Shown: piece after piece, positions 53,550-64,000 of the stretch | How positions within the stretch are numbered: position 1 is the stretch's first letter | Layout of the letters: every line of letters begins with the position of its first letter | Assembly: GCF_006345805.1 (NCBI RefSeq) | Contig: NC_042997.1 | Span: 186,000,001 to 186,064,000 of the forward strand | DNA: 64,000 nucleotides | DNA from: Octopus sinensis | Lineage: Eukaryota | Direction: 5' to 3' | Translations under genes and position numbers: made by a program | Notes under the pieces: model-generated | Told to the model about the DNA's origin: nothing | Databases searched by the model: none | Seen by the model: only the letters and a program-made list of their open reading frames with translations

Positions 53550-53801
53550 AACACAATTATTTTATTTTCATTTTTTAAAACTTTTCCTTTCGTTATTATG
53601 ATTATTATCATTTTTTTTTTTGCCTTATTTTAATTACAAAGATCCAATTACGGAAAATTTCAATAACAAATCCTACACTTTACCAAAACTCCCTCCCCCT
53701 CCATTAATTGCAGCAGCACCACCACAACTACTACTACCACCACCAGCACCACCAACACCACCACCAACACCATCACCACCACCACTATTACTACTTGTAT
53801 T

Positions 53802-54018
53802 AATCCTTTCTACTATAGGCACAAGGCCTGAAATTTTGGGGAGGGGGTTAGTCGATTCCATCGGCCCCAGTTCTTAACCTGTATTTTGTGTTTATCGATC
53901 TCGAAAGGATGAGAAGCAAAATCGACCAAGGCGGAATTTGAACTCAGAACATAAACTCGGAGGAAATGCTGTTAAGCGTTATGCCCGGTGTGCTAACGAT
54001 TCTGCCAGCTAACCGCCT
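53802..54018 (-). mobile_element. SINE family B
   Basis: Diverged consensus match. Confidence 0.85.
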
Positions 54019-54019
54019 C

Positions 54020-54065
<46 letters not shown>

Positions 54066-54084
54066 TAATATAATAATAATAATG

Positions 54085-54142
<58 letters not shown>

Positions 54143-54165
54143 TAATAATAATAATAATAATAATA

Positions 54166-54207
<42 letters not shown>

Positions 54208-54208
<1 letters not shown>

Positions 54209-55245
54209 TGAACAACCCGAGGGAAGTACGGCAACTATTGTTGCAAAGAAGGTGAAAATGATGGCAATGAAAAAAGCGCACGAGCAATTGGCTGATAGGT
54301 GGGAGGAGAAACCCCTGCACGGCAAATATGTGACCCGCAGCAAACAAGCTGATGTTGACCAGAAGCAAACCCTTCAGTGGCTGCGGAGCTCAGGGCTAAA
54401 AGCAGAGAGCGAAGGTTTCATCCTGGCTGCTCAAGACCAAAGCCTATTAACCCGGAACTACCAGGCCAATGTGATGAAAAATGGAGCAGACCCAAAATGC
54501 CGATTCTGCAACGACATGATTGAAACAGTGGACCACCTAATCTCTGGATGTAAAGTCTTAGCACCAGTGGAGTATAAATTAAGACATGACAGAGTTGGCT
54601 AATATCTCCACTGGCTAATAAGTCGGCATTACAATATCAAAACTGCCGACAAGTGGTATAATCACCACCCTGAGGCTGTAACTGAAGGAGAAAATGTAAC
54701 CATTCTGTGGGACTTTCCAGTACATACAGACCGAACCATCAAGGCCAATAAACCAGATATTGTTGTGAAAGACCAAAACAATAAAGTTTGCTTATTGATC
54801 GACATGAGCATCCCCTGTGATCATAATATCTCAGCGAAAGAGTTTGACAAGCTCAGAAAATATAAAGACCTACTCATTGAAATTGAGAAAATGTGGCATC
54901 TCAAGGCGGTTACAATACCAGTGATCGTAGGAGCACTAGGAATGATCAAGAAGGGAACCGAAAATTATATGAGAATGATCCCTGGCTTACCATCCCTGCA
55001 AGAAGTGCAAAAGATTGTCTTAACTGGTACATCACACGTATTGAGAAGAGCATTGTCGATGTGAGAACTGTTGCTGCTCATGTATTTTAATTTAACTTTA
55101 AAAAAAAAAAATTAAAAAAAAAAATGAACGAACTACTGAGTTTGGTTTAATGGCCTACCAATATACACTATGAGTTTCTTTGCCCTAGGAGTCGGGAAGA
55201 CACTCGGCAAGAAATGGAAGAAAATTTGAAAGAAGAAAAAAAAAA

Positions 55246-55246
<1 letters not shown>
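54208..55246 (+). mobile_element. 5'-truncated R4/Dong-clade non-LTR retrotransposon (zinc knuckle plus restriction-like endonuclease) in (TAA)n
   Basis: One frame 54210-55064 with a single stop (54600-54602): KPLHGKY, AAQDQSL, CRFC...ETVDHLISGC (CCHC), RHDRV, ILWDF...NKPDIVV...LIDMSIP, KYKDL, PVIVGALG; (TAA)n on both flanks. Confidence 0.93.
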
Positions 55247-55340
<94 letters not shown>

Positions 55341-55377
55341 AAGAAGAAGAAGAAGAAGAAGAAGAAGAAGAAAGTAT

Positions 55378-55602
55378 TCCCTTTTACGCTCTTTTAATTG
55401 TTTCAGTCTATGGCTATGCTGGAGCATCACCTTTAGTCGAGCAAATTGACACCCAGGACTTATTCCTTGTAAGCCTAGTACTTATTCTATCGGTATCTTT
55501 TGCCCAACCGCTAATTTAGCATACCAGCATCGTAAACACACCAGCATCGGTTGTCAAGTGATGTTGGGGGGTACAAACTCAGAAACACAAACATATACAC
55601 AC

Positions 55603-55672
<70 letters not shown>

Positions 55673-55830
55673 CGACGGACTTCTTTCAGTTTCCGCCTAC
55701 CAAATCCACTCACAAGGCTTTGGTCAGCCCGTGGCGGTAGTAGAAGAAACATATCCAAGGTGTCACGCAGTGGGACTGAACCCGGAATCATGTGGTTGGT
55801 AAGCAAGCTATTTACCACACAACCACTCCT
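55378..55830 (-). mobile_element. SINE family A
   Basis: Consensus match. Confidence 0.9.
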
Positions 55831-55860
55831 TGCAATAACTTTAATATTTATTCTTCTTAA

Positions 55861-56270
55861 GGCGGTGAACTGACAGAAGGCTTACCGCGGCAGGCAAAAT
55901 GCTTAGCGGCATTTCATCCCGCCTTATGTTCTGAGTTCGAATTACGGTGAGCTCAACGCTGCCCTTTTCTCATTTCGAGATCCATGAAATAAGTACTGAT
56001 GGTCACAAGGGTCGATGTAATCGACTTACTCCCTTCCCTAAAATTGCTGGCCTTGTGCCAAAATTTTAAACCAAGGGAGCCAGCGCAGTCGTTAACACGC
56101 TAGCAGCATTTCGTCCGTCTTCATGTTCTGGGTTCAAATGCCTCAGGGGTCGAATTTGCCCTTCATCCTTTCAGGATCGATGAAAGTACCAGTTGAGAAC
56201 TGGGGTCGATGTAATCGACTTAACCCCTCCCTCAAACTTGCTGGCCTTTTGCTAAAATTTGAAATCAATA
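55861..56270 (+). mobile_element. SINE family B, two diverged copies
   Basis: Degenerate head, central domain and tail, twice. Confidence 0.75.
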
Positions 56271-56385
56271 TCTATGCTACTTTTGTTTTATTGATTCTTG
56301 TGCCTCATTCGCGTTAATTCATTTTTATTTTCGTTTATATCTATGTTTCATTTGCCTCATTTTTCAAAAGTCATAGAACATTATA

Positions 56386-56790
56386 GGCGCAGGAGTGGCT
56401 GTGTGGTAAGTAGCTTGCTAACCAACCACATGGTTCTGGGTTCAGTCCCACTGTGTGGCATCTTGGGCAAGTGTCTTCTACAATAGCCCCGGGCCGACCA
56501 ATGCCTTGTGAGTGGATTTGGTAGACGGAAACTGAAAGAAGCCTGTCGTATATATGTATATATATATGTGCCTGTGTGTGTGTTTGTGTGTGTGTATTTG
56601 TCCCCCTAGCATTGCTTGACAACCGATGCTGATGTGTTTACGTCCCCGTCACTTAGCGGTTCGGCAAAAGAGACCGATTGAATAAGTACTGGGCTTACAA
56701 AGAATAAGTCCCGGGGTCGATTTGCTCGACTAAAAGCGGTGTTCCAGCATGGCCGCAGTCAAATGACTGAAACAAGTAAAAGAGTAAAAA
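56386..56790 (+). mobile_element. SINE family A, full length
   Basis: Consensus match. Confidence 0.93.
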
Positions 56791-57221
56791 AAGAGTATTA
56801 AAAAATAGATATAAAATTTTTAATTCGAGTTTATTAAATAATTTACTTTACTAGGGTTCGTTTAGCAAGTTTAGAGAAAAAGCTTGTGAAAAGAGTGGAA
56901 AAAACAACTACAGCAAACACCCCCACCCCCACCTACCAAAAAACAAAACAAAAAAAACGAATTAATTTAATTAAATTTTTTTTTAGATAATCATCCGCGA
57001 AGTTAAATTGGTAGGTTTTGAGAAATATAACGAATTATCAAAACTGATAACATATCTCGTTTTAAGGTCAGCCCTATCAGGTTACACAAAATTGGCATTT
57101 ATTGGATATATTCTGATTCGTCAAATTTATGATGTATATGTCAATATCATGCACACACACACACACATACACATACATACACATATATATATATATACAA
57201 ACATACAAATGCACACCCACA

Positions 57222-57261
<40 letters not shown>

Positions 57262-57429
57262 TATATAGTTTAACCTCTTAATATATATATAGTTTAACCT
57301 CTTAATGGGATATTCATCCAATATACACTGGTTTGATATATTATATTTTGAAGGGATATTTCTCCAATGAATATCTCTTATGATATATTATATAAAATAT
57401 CGTAAAATAATAATGTTTGATGTTTTACG

Positions 57430-57460
<31 letters not shown>

Positions 57461-57666
57461 CATACATACATACATACATACATACATAGGCTATATATGC
57501 AACTATATGCATGAGAATACATACATAAAGCAAAACATACAAATCTCAACATATACATACAAACAAAAATACCCTGTTGTTGATAGAGAAATTCCAAGGA
57601 ATTTCAAGAAACCTTGAATCAAGGTTAGAAACCGGCTCTTTCTCTATTGGCAAGAAATCTTGAAAT

Positions 57667-58062
57667 GAGTGGTTGTGTGGTAAGTAACTTGCATATCAAC
57701 CACGTGGTTCCGGGTTCAGTCCTACTATAGCCTCGGGCCGACCAAAGCCTCGTGAGTGGCTTTGGTAGACAGAGACTGGAAGAAGCCTGTCGTACATACA
57801 TATATATATATATATATATATGTTTGTGTGTATGTCTGTGTGTGTGAATGTGTGTGTTTGTGTTTGTCCCCCACCAACATCGCTTGACAACTTATGCTGG
57901 TGTGTTTATGTCCCTGTGACTTAGCGATTCGGCAAAAGAGACCGATAGAATAAGTACTATGCTTAGAAAGAATAGGTCCTGGGGTCAATTTGCTCGACTA
58001 AAGGCGGTGCTCCAGCATGGACGCAGTCAAATGACTGAAACAAGTAAAAGAATAAAAGAATA
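57667..58062 (+). mobile_element. SINE family A
   Basis: Consensus match with a deletion after the B box. Confidence 0.9.
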
Positions 58063-59739
58063 AAACACATACATACGCACATACATTTATGCATGCATGC
58101 ATGCATACATACATACATACATACATACATACATACATACATACATACATACATACATACATACAAGCATACATACATACATACAAGCATACATACATAC
58201 ATACATACATACATACAAGCATACATACATACATACATACATACATACATACATACATACATACATACATACAAACAGATCCGCATACTTATGAGCACAG
58301 GGCTAGAACCCTCTTTCACCCACTGCACCTTTCATAATCTGTAGTGGGCCCGTGGTCGAGTAATTAACTTTGACCTTAGATAGGGTTTAAATCGCCTTAC
58401 GGAATTTGACGCAGTAAAGTAGATGTCCGGAAAAATTCTAACAACCCGTCGTTATAGACCAGCTTTTTATGTATCATATCCGAAAAAGCTAAACGTCAGA
58501 GTTAAGGTCGGTGTCGGGATTTGATCTCGGAACTTGAGAACCGGATTAGGTACTGCATGGCATTCTAGCCAACACTTTAACATCGACTCTGCATGCAGTC
58601 AATCGAGGAAATATTTGGTTATAATTTTAATTATGAGTCTTATCTTTATTGTGTGCCATATTACCGTAAGATATTTGAATTAAGACAAGTGGTTTCAATT
58701 TGAAATCTGATAAGGTGTTTATTGATAGGGTAGGGGCAGGAAGGAAGTCTTAGTTGATACTTTGAACACTTACAACGATTATGTTAAACTACTGTCACCA
58801 GATTTTCTTTCCCTCCCGAGAAACCAGATATTGTTTCTCTAAGATCTAAAAAAGACTGGTAAAATCTATACTTCTCGAGGAAATCCGTTTTATTTTTGTG
58901 GTTGAAGTGAACAGCACATCAAGTACCAGTAAAATAGATCTTTATGAGTAAATATGTCCTTGGATAATGGTTTGATTTACTCCTGCAATCATTGGATGAT
59001 CTAATTTCTTTCCTGCATTCTTGGGGCCCACTACTTCTAACGCACTCGTAGGAGCACCGTCGTGATATACGGCACATTTCGGGCAATTTTAGACCTGGTG
59101 GTGACTATTCCTGCCCCGGTTTGACCACAATCGATTTCTTCCAGAAACATAAACATACGAACAGACGAAAAGGGGAAAATCGAATTTTAGGGCAGGCTTG
59201 GTATTTTATTTATCGCTTCCGAGAGACTAAAAGGTAAAGTTGACGTCAGTCGTATTTGAACTCAAAATAGAGAGCGCGTGCAAGAAAGAAAGAATGAGAA
59301 GGGTAGAGAGTGGGAGAGAAACCAGGAACGTATGCCTGGAAGTTATTTATCCTAGTCTCTTACAACCCAACCAATTCATCGGCTTATATATATCACTAAG
59401 ATAGTAAATTTGAAAATATAACAGTAACCGAGAATAGATATGAACATATCAAAGACAGAACAAAATTTTGCTATTCAGGTATTACAGTTGAAGCATCACA
59501 ATGCTTCAACTTCAGTTTGTTTTCCGAATACTATATACAATCCATCTGTTATCAGCCGATTAAATCTCTGAGGTGATTTTCTCGATCACTCGGATGAAAC
59601 CTATTATACATGAGACTTATGATACGCAACATCCTATTTAATAACAGGCGTTCGGATAGGTTGAACTTAGTGTTGCGAGTTAAGAAACATTGGTGCGATT
59701 ACTGTTTGTGATTGTTGTTGTTGTTAAGCAACAAGACGG

Positions 59740-60170
59740 GTAAGGGTGATTAGGTGATGGCCTAGGGCTTAGGAGCGGGAGACCTCAGACCTTGGGAAAA
59801 ATAAAACTTTGATCGTCTTGTTGTAGTCGAGGGATCTTCGTTGACGCCCGACACCATTGGAAGGTGGCCCTCGAAGTCGCTGGAAATGGTGATCTCCAGG
59901 TCCAAATTCTTGGACAGCACTGTTTGTGAATGAACCGTTCTGTTATGAAGGAGAATTATGTAACTCTTCAGTAACGTGGTTTGTTGTATTTGAGAAATAC
60001 AGAAATACATGCACTGCTATACCGTAGTAATTATTCACAGGAGAATTATTCTCACTGCAGATAATCTTAAAATCACTATCCTCATGTGAGGGCATGATGT
60101 CGACTACCTCCCGGTAGGTAGTCGGCAGTACGGTAGCACAGATCCGGTCATCATCCTTGTACTGCTGTAC
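59740..60170 (-). pseudogene. Decayed APE-type LINE endonuclease domain (RTE-like)
   Basis: Ordered degenerate motifs on the minus strand: DRICA, YREVVDIMPSHEDSDFKIICSENNSPV (like II.GDFNA.V), QNG...QEF...HFQR, SNG...SLDY (like PNG..QIDY) and GHHLITL (like SDH). Confidence 0.5.
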
Positions 60171-60645
60171 CAAGGGTTAAGTAAAAACAGGAAATCAGCT
60201 AGATGGTAATGGAAAAGAAAGCTGGACAATATTAATGATATATGAACAACAGCCAGCAGGTCAAGTATTGTGTACAAGAAATAGAAAATATCTCTCTAAG
60301 AAATTGAAGAAATACAGATCAGCCTAGAATTGCAAGAGCCAACTTATCAAAAACATTTGGTTGGTAATTCCTCTGAGAATCGAGATGATGCAACCAACGT
60401 TGCCAACCAGAAGTTTGCTTTTGGAAGAAGATCAAGAAGAGGCGTTAAGAGATTTAATGGAATAGCATTGATGAAAACCTTCTAGAATTTCTAGAAAAAA
60501 TTAAGAAGGAAGGAATCGGAGGCCCTGAAATCAGTTAATCTGAAGACGGAAGATCGAACTAAGCTTAAGAGTGACATCATCAAAGAGAAACAGTGTGATT
60601 GATTAGATTATCTGTGAAAATATTATTGATACCAACACATTAATA

Positions 60646-60861
60646 TTGGTTTCAAATTTTGGCACAAGGCCAGCAATTTCGGTGGGGGGAGGTAAGTCGA
60701 TTACGTTCACCACAATGTTCAACTGGTACTTAATTTATCAACCCCGAAAGGATGAAAAGCAAAGTCGACCTCAGCGGAATTTGAACTCAGAGCGTAAAGA
60801 TAGAAGAAATGCCGCTAAGCATTATGCCCGGCATGCTAACGATTCTGCCAGCTCGCCACCT
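60646..60861 (-). mobile_element. SINE family B
   Basis: Consensus match; ACATTAATA flanks. Confidence 0.9.
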
Positions 60862-60899
60862 TAACGAAGACATTAATAGTAGCAAATACTAACGCTTCA

Positions 60900-61240
60900 G
60901 TTGTTGTTGTTGTTGTTGTTGTTCAGGTCACTGCCTGGAATCAACTGGGAATCTTGGGGTTAGTAGCCTGCACTCTTAACCACTACGCCGTATGCCCGTG
61001 GGATATAATGATGTGAATTTTCGGGCATATAAATCTTATATTTTCCTATCCTTCTTTAATACTGGTTCCCATATGCTGTTCATATCTGTACTTCGTCTGC
61101 TTAGGAGGTTGTTGTGCACCAGTTTCGAAATTTCCCCAAGACACCTGATGAAGGCTGGAAGGTATATCAGCCGAAACGTTGTGTTAACAACAAGCAAGAT
61201 GAGGACAAATATCCGTCAAGTGGTGTAGATGATGTAAATA
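60900..61240 (-). mobile_element. Penelope-like composite: endonuclease C-terminus, tRNA-like module and inverted hammerhead pLTR piece
   Basis: Minus 61134-61036 = EISKLVHNNLLSRRSTDMNSIWEPVLKKDRKI*; minus 60997-60921 tRNA-like; (AAC)n at 60900-60923; hammerhead on the plus strand at 61140-61185. Confidence 0.65.
61140..61185 (+). ncRNA. Minimal type-I hammerhead ribozyme
   Basis: GACAC-CUGAUGA-A-GGCUG(GAAGGUAUAU)CAGCC-GAA-ACGU-U^GUGUU: intact core, 5-bp stem II, 5-bp stem I, palindromic ACGU stem III. Confidence 0.85.
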
Positions 61241-61329
61241 AGAGTACCGACAACCTGTTTTATGGTTATTAGCTAAAGTACACTCACGAGCCTTCTTTGA
61301 ATATATAGTGATACTGCTAAATGAGTGCC

Positions 61330-61712
61330 TATCCAAGAGGAAGTACCACAAAAGGAAGAACCTGTTAAATACTGAAAGAGAAATCGAAAGGAAACGCTGC
61401 TCAAATTTCCGGTCAATTACGTGTCTACCAATTATGTGGAAACACCTGACAGGGATAATTGCGGAAGCGGTATATTGACACCTATATGAGAAACACTTAA
61501 TGTCTGATGAACAGAAAGGCGGTCGGGAAATGTGCAGAGGAATGAAAGATCAATTAATGACTGACATGATGTTCTTGAGAAATAGTAGAAAGAGACTGAC
61601 GACTTTATACATGACGTGGATCGATTTTAGAAAGTGCAGAAAGAGAATAACTGATTTATGCATCGTATGGAGTGAGTTTAGAAAAGACAGCGATCTTCTT
61701 CCACATCCATAG
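61330..61712 (+). pseudogene. Decayed R4/Dong-clade reverse transcriptase fragment
   Basis: TKGRT...KGN..NFRSITCLPIMWKHLTGII...LMSDEQKG...GMKDQL...WIDFRK, with stops, frameshifts and a local duplication ending ...LLPH. Confidence 0.8.
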
Positions 61713-62089
61713 GTCAAGCGATAACTATTTATATTAGCTTTTACATGTATTTTATTATACTTTACCTGTAGATTGATGCCTTTGTCTACCAGCTTCGGTA
61801 TTATAAACTTTTAAATCAAATTTTTATGCTCAAAACAAATTTATGCTTTCACAACTCAAATCAAATTTATATTATTCAAAACGACACATATTAATTAAAT
61901 TTACATGCATTGTTTTGAATAAATGTCTTAGATAAGCTTTTTCATTATATTAAAATTGTAATGGTGTTGAAAAGCTGAATAACTACGGTGCTAAAAATTA
62001 TATATTACTCTAACTTTATGTTAAATATTAAGTTATTTTTCATATGCTTGTATATACGGAAATAGTCATTCATTTTTCTAATTTTTTTT

Positions 62090-62520
62090 TTTAGTGGTTT
62101 CATTTGTTTGACCAGTGCCATACTGGAGCACAACCCGCAAGGGTTTAGTCGAACGTATTGAATCAGTATTCATTTCAGCATTTGGTACTTGTTTTATCGG
62201 ACACCTTAGTTAATGAATGTAAACAAATATAAATGCAAACACGTACACTCATTCAAACACATATATTTATGTACACACACATGCACATGCACACACACAC
62301 ACACACACACACAGATACACACACACACTGATACACACACACAGACACACATACATATATATATACGACGGTCTTACTTTCAATTTCTCACTATCAAATT
62401 TTACTCAAGGCCACCTGTGGTCATAGTGTGCCCAAGGAATCATGCAGTGGGACTCAACCTGAAACAACGTGGTTGTGAAATGAATGTATTTCCCAAATGC
62501 CCCATGTCTGTACATACGGC
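62090..62520 (-). mobile_element. SINE family A, old diverged copy
   Basis: Degenerate ATACGACGG...TGCCCAAGG...GCAGTGGGACT motifs. Confidence 0.7.
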
Positions 62521-63525
62521 TGTAAAAGTAACCTCATGCTGTAGGGTTTATTTATTTAAATTTGATGATTTAGTTCACTGGTAATTAGATCTTCATAATG
62601 TGTGTTCCTTTAGGTGACAAATAGAAGACTTTGGTTAGGAGATTCAGGAAAGTAAAACATAGAGCTGAATTATTCCTTTTACATGTTTCATTGAGCCACT
62701 TTGATCGAGTGCTAACAGATGGATCATGTTGAAGCAGTGTAGGGCTGGCCTATTTTTAGTGTGTAGCTGTTCTTTTGTAGGAACGGTCATTTGTCACATG
62801 TACTGAATAAAGTGTATGCTACTGTAGGAGAGAATATAGTGGTTAAGTATATGATACGTAATTAAATGCGGGACAGTTACTATTATCGTAGTTAATAGCA
62901 ATAGTGGCAGTCTTTCTTACATGGGCTGCAGTTGTGGTTTTTTGAGGAGAAATTTGTTCATATGCCTTCACACATACAAAATTTCCCATCGTCTTTTGTT
63001 TAAGAGCTTGAAGCATTGCATCAAGTTGTTAAACTTTTCAGTCGGTTATAATTTACATCTCCCTGATTCATTAAAGTACGTGGTTGATGCTTAAACAAAG
63101 CTCTAGCTTACACTATCCTTCAGTTTCCTCTCGTATTGAAATAGAGAAATGAAATAATCCTTCCTCTAACCTAGAAGAGGGAGTGATCTGCGTGTATCTG
63201 GAGCGAATGACATCTCTATGAGCCCTATAGCACTTTTCAGTGACTTCTGCAGATGTTATTTTGCTCTGCTAATATATGGCACTTGCCATTAAAAGAGCAA
63301 AAGCTTACTTGCTACATTGGAAGTTATGTACTCATGGTTATTAACAGATTTCAACTCAATAAAACATATTTTACTACTTCTGTTTTGTGGGAGTTGTTAC
63401 ACATATTCATGATTTTCTTTGAAGCCACTTCTTATTAATGTCTTATTGTAGTAGGGTGCGGCTCGACTGAGTATGTCCCTGTCGGAGGCCAGATTGGGTA
63501 AGACCTATTTATGTTACCGACTAAG

Positions 63526-63562
<37 letters not shown>

Positions 63563-64000
63563 TATATATATATATGTATGTATGTATGTATGTAGTATGT
63601 ATGTATGTATGTATGGTTGGATGTATGTATGTATAAATATATATATATATATATTTATATATCTTCTTTTTATTGCAAGGAATGATGGAAATTTTATATA
63701 TATGTCTTCATTTGGTTTTCATTAGGGACAATGTTCGCCTGTAATTAAACCTAATGGGATATCTTAAATTATGGACGTGTGTTAGGTTATGGTGCACGAC
63801 TTTTAAATTCTCTCACACACACACGCTCACACTGATACGCTTACCTACACACCTACACACACACATATGATTGCTGTTTATTCTTGTCTGAAGAAGACCG
63901 TAATTGACTATGAAAGAAATTTTTTCGACAGTGGCGTTTTAAACCCTGTCAGATCATATATATCTTTTGGCAGACCGTACAAAGTTGTAAAAGACTTTTA

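Noticed and set aside
58900-59110. Two open frames on the minus strand in GC-richer unique sequence
   Set aside because: No recognisable motif or convincing splice-site pair; cannot be supported without a search.
60921-60997. Functional tRNA gene (also the SINE heads elsewhere)
   Set aside because: Acceptor and anticodon stems do not pair fully and the B box is degenerate; these are tRNA-derived repeats.

Overview
AT-rich, microsatellite-dense eukaryotic intronic/intergenic DNA with no intact host protein-coding gene that I can recognise. The SINE families and the (TA)n/(CA)n/(TATC)n/(TAA)n load look like a coleoid cephalopod (octopus-type) genome; this is recall-based inference, not a database result. 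Most ORF-track entries are microsatellite or SINE translations. Real content: about 50 copies of four tRNA-derived SINE families, an internally deleted mariner, hAT-, Tc2/pogo- and TTAA-flanked MITEs, two non-autonomous Helitrons, R4/Dong-clade LINE remnants (one in its (TAA)n target) and a decayed APE-endonuclease LINE piece. The most interesting signal is a set of hammerhead ribozymes. A ~588-bp near-identical tandem array (7519-8804) in (TA)n carries one complete type-I hammerhead per unit on the minus strand (retrozyme/Penelope pLTR-like, predicted 588-nt monomer). A composite at 60900-61240 joins a Penelope-like endonuclease C-terminus, a tRNA-like module and an inverted hammerhead. Several other unrelated hammerhead-bearing fragments also occur.
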